A stretch of DNA of 58,927 nt from Desulfobacterales bacterium. Lineage in GTDB: Bacteria; Desulfobacterota; Desulfobacteria; Desulfobacterales; JAUYIZ01. The stretch is from NCBI GenBank assembly GCA_030688615.1, contig JAUYIZ010000236.1, forward strand, positions 1 through 58,927, read 5' to 3'. The notes below the pieces were generated by a model. That model ran no database searches and was not told where the DNA came from. It worked only from the letters and a program-made list of their open reading frames with translations. The first letter of the stretch is position 1, and each line of letters starts with the position of its first letter. Below, piece by piece: positions 51,590 to 58,927 of this stretch. The position numbers and the translations under genes are program-made.

Positions 51590-52156
51590 AAGTAATCTCC
51601 TAACTATTTGTTTTAATTATTTGTTTTAATTATATTACTCTTATGATAAAAGTTAACAATAAGTAATTTAAAACGTGGGCCTTGTCAAGCAATTTTTTAT
51701 TTTTTTTATTTTGTCCTGTTCATGACATGTTTTTCATATTTCATGAACACCCCTCATGGCTTTTGAAAATCCGTGGTGATATTAATTATTTGATAACATT
51801 CATAAAATAAATTAAGTTTTGGTGTCGGCCGTTTTTTTTCTTCATCGCTGCGGGGGCACGGGATTTGAATTCAACCGGCGCATGACGACTACTGCCGAAG
51901 ATCAAAACCATGTATATTGCCGGCTGCTTTTTCCTGATAGTACTCTTAATAAGTAAAAAAAAGCAATCTCATATGATGGGATGAATAATTAAAAATATAT
52001 ATAAAACAATATATTGAAAATAATATGGTATCCACGCCAGTAAAAAATGACTCGTGGTCATGGCTGCTATGAGAAATTCTGGAAATTACTCGATGAACTT
52101 GCCCTAAGTATAATTGACACCTTTGAAAAAAGTCTTGCGAACTGTTAAAAGAGGTA

Positions 52157-53566
52157 ATGATGGATACGATTATCACACGCTTTCCCCCCAGTCCCACCGG
52201 CTTTCTTCACATCGGCGGCGCCCGCACGGCCCTTTTCAACTGGCTGTATGCACGGCATATGAAAGGAAAATTCGTCCTCAGGATTGAAGACACGGACATC
52301 GAACGTTCTTCGCAGGAATCGGTGGATGCCATATTTGAAGCGCTCGAATGGCTGGGGATTGACTGGGACGAAGGTCCCTTTTTTCAGTCTCAAAGGCTTG
52401 CTCTTTACCGGGAGTATTCTAAAAAACTCATCGATGCCGGCCAGGCCTACTATTGCACCTGCCCGCCCGAAAGCCTTGAGCAGATGAGAAAGGCGGCGCT
52501 CGAAGCCGGAGAAAACCCGAAATATAACGGCACATGCCGGGAAAAGGGGCTCGGGCCCTCAGGCCGGGCCGTCATCCGTCTGAAGGCGCCGGTGGCAGGA
52601 ACCACCGTGCTGGAGGATATTATCAAGGGGACGATTGTATTTCAGAATGCCGAGCTGGATGATTTTATCATCGTCAGAAGCGATGGGATGCCGACATACA
52701 ATTTCGCCGTGGTGGTGGATGACCTTACCATGGGGATCAACACCGTCATCCGGGGCGACGATCATGTGATGAACACGCCCAAACAGATACTCATTTATCA
52801 GGCCTTGGAAAGTTCCCTGCCCGCTTTTGGACACGTCCCCATGGTACTGGGCGGCGACCGGAGCCGTTTGAGCAAACGCCACGGCGCCGTGTCCGTGACC
52901 GCCTACAGGGAAATGGGGTATCTTCCGGATGCCGTCATCAATTATCTGGTCCGCCTGGGCTGGTCGTTCGGGGATCAGGAATTTTTCACCAGAAACGAGC
53001 TGATCCAGAAGTTTACCCTGGACAATATCGGCCGGTCGCCGGGAATTTTTAACCCGGAAAAGCTTCTGGCACTGAATGCCGATCATATTAAAAGCGCGGC
53101 GCCGGAATATCTTGCCCGGCACCTGCCCGGGTTTTTAGAAAAAAAAGGATTCATTGCTGCCCAGGGCCCTTTCCTCAACCAGGTCATCGAGACCCTGCAG
53201 ACACGCAGCAAGACCCTTTTGGATATGGCGGACAGTGCCGTGTTCTATTATCAGGGCATCGTCGAATATGAAGAAAAGGCGGCGGATAAATTTCTAACCG
53301 CCCCGTATCTGGAAGCTCTTGAATTGCTTGCGGAACAGTTTGAAAATTTAAACCCGTTTGACCAGCCGAATCTTGAAAATGCATTTAAAACGGTCATGGA
53401 AAAGACCGGGCTGAATTTTGGCAAAATCGCCCAGCCCGTCCGGGTGGCCCTTACTGGAAAAACAGCAAGCCCCGGCATCTTTGAAATCATCCTGGTTCTG
53501 GGAAAATCGCGTGTCATCGCCAGACTCCGGGGGGCCGCTCTATTTATAATGAAACGAGAATCTTAA
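52157..53566 (+). CDS. gltX: Glutamate--tRNA ligase
   Basis: RFPPSPTG.LHIGG, LRIEDTD, IRGDDH, LSKRHG. Confidence 0.96.
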   Translation: MMDTIITRFPPSPTGFLHIGGARTALFNWLYARHMKGKFVLRIEDTDIERSSQESVDAIFEALEWLGIDWDEGPFFQSQRLALYREYSKKLIDAGQAYYCTCPPESLEQMRKAALEAGENPKYNGTCREKGLGPSGRAVIRLKAPVAGTTVLEDIIKGTIVFQNAELDDFIIVRSDGMPTYNFAVVVDDLTMGINTVIRGDDHVMNTPKQILIYQALESSLPAFGHVPMVLGGDRSRLSKRHGAVSVTAYREMGYLPDAVINYLVRLGWSFGDQEFFTRNELIQKFTLDNIGRSPGIFNPEKLLALNADHIKSAAPEYLARHLPGFLEKKGFIAAQGPFLNQVIETLQTRSKTLLDMADSAVFYYQGIVEYEEKAADKFLTAPYLEALELLAEQFENLNPFDQPNLENAFKTVMEKTGLNFGKIAQPVRVALTGKTASPGIFEIILVLGKSRVIARLRGAALFIMKRES

Positions 53567-53587
53567 TGTTGTGAAAGGAGAAAAAAA

Positions 53588-54586
53588 ATGAAAAAGCGAT
53601 TGGGATTTACCATGGGATGCACGTTGCTCTTCGTTTTGCTGTTAGGGTTGCCCGCGATCGTGACGGCCGCTGAGAAGTCACCCGGCATTCTGTCCTTTGC
53701 CACCCTGCCCCAGGGCAGCAGTTCCTATGCCGTGACGGTGGTGGTAAGCGATGTGATGAGCAGGTTTTCCGGGCACAAGGTCACCGTGGAACCGGTGGGA
53801 CCTCCGGGAAAATTCTGGCCGTTGATGGAATCCGGTGAGGTTCACATGGGATTCGGCGCCATCATCACCACCGAAAATATCCTCAAGAGAATGAAGTTGA
53901 CTTCTCAGACCTCGAACATACGCGCCATCGGTTCCGGCCAGTATACCCCCAACGTTTTTCTCGGTCGCGGGGATGCCGGCATCGAAAGCATAGCCGACCT
54001 CAAAGGAAAAAAAGTGCTCACCCACTTTACGTCCGACACCCATAACCGAACGGTAGCGCTCGTTCTTGACCACTACGGTCTGACGGGCAAGGTAACCGAA
54101 CTTAAAATAACATCGCCGCCGATGGTTTATACTTCTCTGACCGAAGGCCGGGTGGATGCCGCTTTCTTTTCCCTGTCGGCCCAGGCCGCAGAGGTGAAAC
54201 GGTCGCGGGGACTTAAGGTGCTGGGATTTCCTGAGGATGTCGTCAACGAGATTTCCAAGAAGGAGCCCTCCCTGATGCCCTATAAGTACCCGAAGGGCTT
54301 TCTGGGTCTTCTGGATAAAGATACCCCTACGATTGCGTACCGGCTGATTCTTTTCATCCATAAAAATGTTCCGGATAATGTAGTATTCGACCTGATGAAA
54401 GCGCTCAACGAGCACCCGAAAGAACTGAAAGCCGGTTTTGCCCTGGCCGCCGAATATACCATGGACGAAATTCCCTGGGAGACCACGCTGCCTTTCCATC
54501 CCGGAGCGATCCGCTTTTATAAAGAAAAGGGCAAATGGAATGACCGTGCCGAGGTCTTGCAGAAGAGACTGCTGGCCGGAAAATAG
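53588..54586 (+). CDS. TAXI family TRAP transporter solute-binding protein
   Basis: AT...GSS.Y, SIADLKGK, GRVDA, PFHPGA.RFYKE.G. Confidence 0.88.
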   Translation: MKKRLGFTMGCTLLFVLLLGLPAIVTAAEKSPGILSFATLPQGSSSYAVTVVVSDVMSRFSGHKVTVEPVGPPGKFWPLMESGEVHMGFGAIITTENILKRMKLTSQTSNIRAIGSGQYTPNVFLGRGDAGIESIADLKGKKVLTHFTSDTHNRTVALVLDHYGLTGKVTELKITSPPMVYTSLTEGRVDAAFFSLSAQAAEVKRSRGLKVLGFPEDVVNEISKKEPSLMPYKYPKGFLGLLDKDTPTIAYRLILFIHKNVPDNVVFDLMKALNEHPKELKAGFALAAEYTMDEIPWETTLPFHPGAIRFYKEKGKWNDRAEVLQKRLLAGK

Positions 54587-54679
54587 GGTTTTGGTAAACG
54601 GTCCGTTCCTTAATTGGGCGGGAAACTCTCGCCGAACTGTAAAAACTACGGGCACAGGCTGACAGGAGGGGGGCCAGTG

Positions 54680-56584
54680 ATGCAGGAATCGAGCAGGACG
54701 AGACAGTTCAGCGGCCCGGCGGGCAAAGTAACTTCCGCGGTTGCGATTATTTTTTCGATATATGAACTGCTTTACGTGCTCGGATTTTTTTCCACCGGCT
54801 ATGCATTCCTGTATCCGGGGCAGTTCCGGGTGCTGGCGCTGGCCCTTATCCTGACCGTGGTCTTTTTATTTCTGCCGGCGCACAAATCCGCACCGCGGGA
54901 TAAGGTCCCCTGGTATGACATCCTTGCGGTGGTTTTATCCTGCCTGGTGTGCGGATATATATTCGTGATTTATGAGGCTCTGGTGGAACGGCCGGTCATC
55001 GCTGCGGCCCATGAAACCGTGCTGGGTATTGTTGCCATCGTCGTTATTTTAGAGGCGGCCCGGCGGGCCGTGGGGATGGTCATACCGGTTCTGGCCGCCG
55101 TTTTCTTTGCCTATGCCCTGTGGTGTGATTATCTGCCCGGGTTTCTGGAGGGCAGGGGATACTCGCTGACCCGGGTGGTTGCCAGTTCCTATCTGTTCGA
55201 TGGCGGCCTGTTCGGTATGGTTCTGCATGTGGTCGTCATCGTAATTTTTATGTTCGTGCTGTTTGGCAGCTTTCTGCAGGCCACCGGCGCCAGCAAGTTT
55301 TTTGTGGATTTATCCCTGGCGCTTTTCGGCCATGTCCGGGGGGGGCCGGCCAAGGCGGCGGTGATCGGCAGCAGCCTCATGGGGATGGTCAACGGCAGTC
55401 CCCTGGCCAACGTTGCCACCACGGGCGTGGTGACCATCCCCATGATGAAAAACCTCGGTTATCGGCCCACCTTTGCCGGCGCGGTGGAATCTGTGGCATC
55501 CACCGGCGGGACGCTCCTGCCCCCGGTAATGGGCGCGACGGCCTTCCTCATGGCTGAATTCCTCCAGATCCCTTATCTTGCCGTATGTGTCGCGGCGCTG
55601 TTGCCGAGTATTCTTTATTATCTTGCGGTCTTTATCATGGTGGATCTTGAAGCGGTGAAATGCGGCCTTGTCGGCATGGACCGCAAGGATTTGCCCTCGC
55701 TGAAAAAAACCTTGAAACAGGGCTGGCATTATCTCCTGCCGGTTGTGGTATTGATATATTACCTGGCTGTTCGTGCGTATTCTCCGGAAGTGTCCTGTGC
55801 CTATGCCCTGGCCGTGCTGCTCGTCGTCAGCGCTTTTAAAAAGGAGACCCGGATGACTTTGAAAAAGCTTATCGACGCATTCGAGGCTACGGCCGTAACG
55901 ATGACGCAGATCGCCCCGGTGGCGTCGGCCATAGGGATCATTGTGACCTGCATCGCGCTGACCGGTTTGGATTTAAGGCTGTCCGGCGGGCTGGTGCAGA
56001 TGGCCGGCGGCAACCTCGCCGTCCTGATGATACTGGCCGCCATAACCAGTTTGATATTGGGCATGGGGGTTCCGCCGTTATCCTCTTACGTCATGCTGGC
56101 CCTTCTGGTGGCGCCGGCTTTTGTCAGCCTGGGCGTGACGCCGATTGGCGCGCACCTGTTCATCCTGTATTTTACCACGATTTCCTTTATCACGCCGCCC
56201 GTATGCGTGGCGGTTTACGTGGCCTCCGGGATTTCCGGCGCCCCGTTCATGCAAACGGGCATTGAGGCCGTTAAGCTGGGGGTGGTGGCATTCATCGTTC
56301 CATTCATGTTTATCCTGCATCCTGTTCTGCTGCTGATGGGAACACCCCTTAAGATCTTCATCGCGGTTCTGACCAGCAGTATCGGCTGTGTCGCGCTGTC
56401 CATCGCCGTCGCCGGTTATTTTTTCAAACCTGTCGCCTGGTCTGAAAGAGCGCTGATGGGCATTGTGGCGCTGCTGTTGATTCATCCGGACTGGTGGAGC
56501 GATGCGCTCGGGCTTGGCGTTTTTGGCATCCTGTTTGTTTTCCACTGGGTGAAAAGAAAGAAAACTCCGGCCCCGGTGACCTGA
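54680..56584 (+). CDS. TRAP transporter fused permease (4TM/12TM)
   Basis: RGGPAKAAV, ASTGG...PPVMGA, LGMG.P, TPPV; ATG 54680 after AGGAGG. Confidence 0.92.
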   Translation: MQESSRTRQFSGPAGKVTSAVAIIFSIYELLYVLGFFSTGYAFLYPGQFRVLALALILTVVFLFLPAHKSAPRDKVPWYDILAVVLSCLVCGYIFVIYEALVERPVIAAAHETVLGIVAIVVILEAARRAVGMVIPVLAAVFFAYALWCDYLPGFLEGRGYSLTRVVASSYLFDGGLFGMVLHVVVIVIFMFVLFGSFLQATGASKFFVDLSLALFGHVRGGPAKAAVIGSSLMGMVNGSPLANVATTGVVTIPMMKNLGYRPTFAGAVESVASTGGTLLPPVMGATAFLMAEFLQIPYLAVCVAALLPSILYYLAVFIMVDLEAVKCGLVGMDRKDLPSLKKTLKQGWHYLLPVVVLIYYLAVRAYSPEVSCAYALAVLLVVSAFKKETRMTLKKLIDAFEATAVTMTQIAPVASAIGIIVTCIALTGLDLRLSGGLVQMAGGNLAVLMILAAITSLILGMGVPPLSSYVMLALLVAPAFVSLGVTPIGAHLFILYFTTISFITPPVCVAVYVASGISGAPFMQTGIEAVKLGVVAFIVPFMFILHPVLLLMGTPLKIFIAVLTSSIGCVALSIAVAGYFFKPVAWSERALMGIVALLLIHPDWWSDALGLGVFGILFVFHWVKRKKTPAPVT

Positions 56585-56600
56585 GCCGCATTTACGAATG

Positions 56601-56730
56601 AAGTCATTAATATTTAGACAGGATCAACAGGATTTGTGGGATTTTTTTTAAAAATATCTTGTCGATCCAGTTCATCTTGTCAAAGAGTCCTTGCGTTTAC
56701 GTCCAAACATTTTTGAGCTACTCAGTAATT
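56601..56730. repeat. 130-bp ACAGGAT-arm repeat (empty site)
   Basis: Matches 43085-43361 minus the 142-bp element and one TCCTT copy. Confidence 0.85.
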
Positions 56731-56926
56731 TCCAGCGATGCGGCCTGCCTGGCGCACGCCGCAATCGCAACGGGATGCAGCGCAGCATCCCGCCAATGGC
56801 GGGAGACTTTTTACGGAACCGTCAAAATTAACTTGACTTCCTGGCCTGATTCAGGTACCAGAAGAATTCCATTGATGCCCGTCCACGATTTTTTGGGGAC
56901 ACAAGGGCGGGCCTGCTTCAAGAGCC

Positions 56927-57068
56927 GAGACCTTTGAAAAATGCTCAATTTCGTTCAAGTTCAAGGAAGGAGAAAATTTTAACCGCAGGAATACATTTAG
57001 TATTTTGAGGATTAAAATTTTAGCCTGACGCCGAAATTGGGCGAAAGGGGGCGTTTTGCAAAGGTTTC
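56927..57068 (-). mobile_element. 142-bp MITE-like element, type B termini (reverse orientation)
   Basis: GAGACCTTTGAAAAA...TTTTGCAAAGGTTTC; TSD GAGCC (56922-56926, 57069-57073). Confidence 0.9.
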
Positions 57069-57098
57069 GAGCCATTTATGGATGGAAACTGACAATAC

Positions 57099-57172
57099 TG
57101 AGGGATCGTTCAGCGGTAGGACGGCGGGTTCTGGCCCCGTTGACCCAGGTTCGAATCCTGGTCCCTCAGCCA
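57099..57172 (+). tRNA. tRNA-Gln(CTG)
   Basis: Cloverleaf: acceptor TGAGGGA/TCCCTCA, anticodon stem GCGGG/CCCGT with loop TT-CTG-GC, T-arm CCAGG-TTCGAAT-CCTGG, encoded CCA. Confidence 0.95.
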
Positions 57173-58060
57173 TGTCATATCAAGGGGTTACAGATTTAAT
57201 TCTGTGACCCTTTTCTTTTTTTCTAATCTATTTCTAACATGAAGCGAAAGTCGGATTAAACATAGAGGGGCCATAAAATCTTTTATTATCATCCAATACC
57301 TTTGAAATACACATTTTTTAATGCTTGTGATCAACCCTTTCTGGCTGCCTGTCCCGTGGTTAAAGTTTTCACAAAGGATGGGGGCCAAGGCCTCCGGTGT
57401 TCATAGGTATGCCTTACCCCGAGATCGTCGATCCTGCGGCCTCTGAGCGAAGCCTCGACCATCTGAACGCATAGACGATGCCCCCGGATAGCGCCGGCCG
57501 CCTTAGGGCACAGCCCTTTGTATCTTGATCGGCCTGATATTCAAAAAAACAGGTTTCAAGGTCAAACCGGCGGTGTGGATATACCAGAAAAAACAGCGTC
57601 AATCGGTTGAGTGATAAGTTGGAGATATACGTAACAAAGGGCGGCTTTATTTAAAGGGGTTATTCAAAAAATATCACAACGAGGCACTGTTTTTAAACGA
57701 AAATGCCCACACCATATGTTGCGGCCGTACCTTTTTTCGAAACTCTTTTGGGGCGCAGATTTCAACCTGTAATGTGCGGACGTAATCGAGGGAAAAAGGG
57801 TATGTTCCGGTCATTTGTTACACCTACCTAATGTTGAACCCCGAACAGTCTTCAAACTTATTGATTATCAATGGAAAGAGAGTATCAGACCGGTTTGGCT
57901 TCTGACCGGCTTCGCCATGATTTGCACATACCAAATCATCATCATTCAAAACCTAACTTCATGGCTATAAAAATTTTTATTAACAATATCAAATTTTTTG
58001 ATTGTATCACAAGCAAATTTAGGCACTACATATTTTTTAGTGGTAGGCGCTTACCCTGTT

Positions 58061-58500
58061 TTAATCGAAATTGTATGAATTCTTAGTATCACAAACAATT
58101 AAAATTTTAGAGACACCTAATTTCTCCCATTCTACGACATGTGGCAGTTTCGCAGCAATAATCGTGGAAACCTGTGCCTCGCTCGCATGGGTCACATCAT
58201 AGTTGAATAGGCCCGAAGTCATTTCGTTTATAACTCGCTCCCGGTCCCCCGCGCTCCCGACTCTCTTATAGTTCACTTTTAGAAACGGGTAACGCTTTTG
58301 AAAAGCCTTGATATACAATTCCCCCTCAGGCTTTCCCTGCTCTTTTTTTCGCAGTGAAATGCCGATGTTTATGGTCCCCCTTCTTTCTTGGCGGCCTGGA
58401 TGTAGGGATCAAGAGGATCTGAAAGCACCGGAAAGGGTTGTGCAGCAATTATTGCGCCACAAACCATGATAGAAAGCACAATTTTTATTAGTCGACGCAT
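58061..58500 (-). pseudogene. Frameshifted, 3'-truncated ABC substrate-binding protein
   Basis: ATG 58500 with AGGAG RBS, signal peptide, AAKKEG, frameshift at G5 run (58376-58380), continues ...AFQKRYPFLKV..., ends at about one third of normal length. Confidence 0.8.
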
Positions 58501-58538
58501 TTTATGCTCCTTTCAAGAATAATTTGGGCTGCCAATTT

Positions 58539-58927
58539 CTATTTCTTCTTTTTAGCTTCACCCCTTACAACCGGCATGCCCATCGCCTGAAAAAGTTCCG
58601 CCAAAATAGCATCTGCGTGGGCAACATCTCTCCACATAGAGTACACAACCCTCTTTCCTTTAAGAACTTCATTGATTTCGTTACCTTCAAAGTGCGGGTG
58701 TCCGGTAAAATCCACATCATCGAGAATGTTCTGAGCTTCCCGGGTGCTTGTCCATGCCACAAACAATATAGCTGCATTGGGATGCTCGGACTTTTCGGGA
58801 ACATAAATTAGTTCACCTGCTCCAACCGGTACCGGCTCGGGAAATACGATACCAAGAGATTTGGACTCACCGTAAACTTGGACCTTTTTAACTTGGTTTC
58901 GGGGCATCCCGCATACTATATGATATG
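58539..58927 (-). CDS. ABC substrate-binding protein, C-terminal part (5' end outside window)
   Basis: FPEPVPV, HPNAA.LF..W..T.EAQ, resembling the C-terminus of 27087-28181. Confidence 0.75.
   Translation of the reverse strand, partial: YHIVCGMPRNQVKKVQVYGESKSLGIVFPEPVPVGAGELIYVPEKSEHPNAAILFVAWTSTREAQNILDDVDFTGHPHFEGNEINEVLKGKRVVYSMWRDVAHADAILAELFQAMGMPVVRGEAKKKK

Noticed and set aside
51850-51872. Sigma54-like GGCACG-N4-TTGA
   Set aside because: The -12 GC is not conserved and no adjacent gene start supports it.
56851-57075. Short ORFs or ORF extensions reading through type B elements (also the 25240-26628 N-terminal extension and part of 42722-43648)
   Set aside because: They are translations of the repeat, differ in frame among copies and lack an RBS.

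Overview
A 58.9 kb chromosomal window, most likely from an anaerobic deltaproteobacterium (Desulfobacterales-like; inferred from gene content). Housekeeping blocks: ftsH(5')-tilS, beta-oxidation fadN/thiolase, dusB, queF, recCBD, a Cu-ATPase, a long minus-strand operon (rpmF, acyl-CoA dehydrogenase, fabG, acpP, fabF, rpiB, glyA, dCMP deaminase, nrdR, ribD/E/BA/H, nusB, trpB2), gltX and tRNA-Gln(CTG). Accessory genes include an Fe-S/MetV cluster, orphan ABC binding proteins, TTT and TAXI-TRAP transporters and a cupin pair. I saw no transposase, CRISPR array or rRNA gene. Two signals stand out. (1) The intergenic DNA carries several families of small palindromic mobile repeats. A 142-bp element occurs in 3 full copies, each with its own 5-bp target-site duplication, and one has its empty site in the window. 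A 141-bp element shares the same covarying hairpin core but has different termini and a 6-bp duplication. (2) An acyl-CoA dehydrogenase is tightly coupled between rpmF and fabG, where plsX-fabH-fabD normally lie. Product calls come from motif recognition by eye; no database searches were run.
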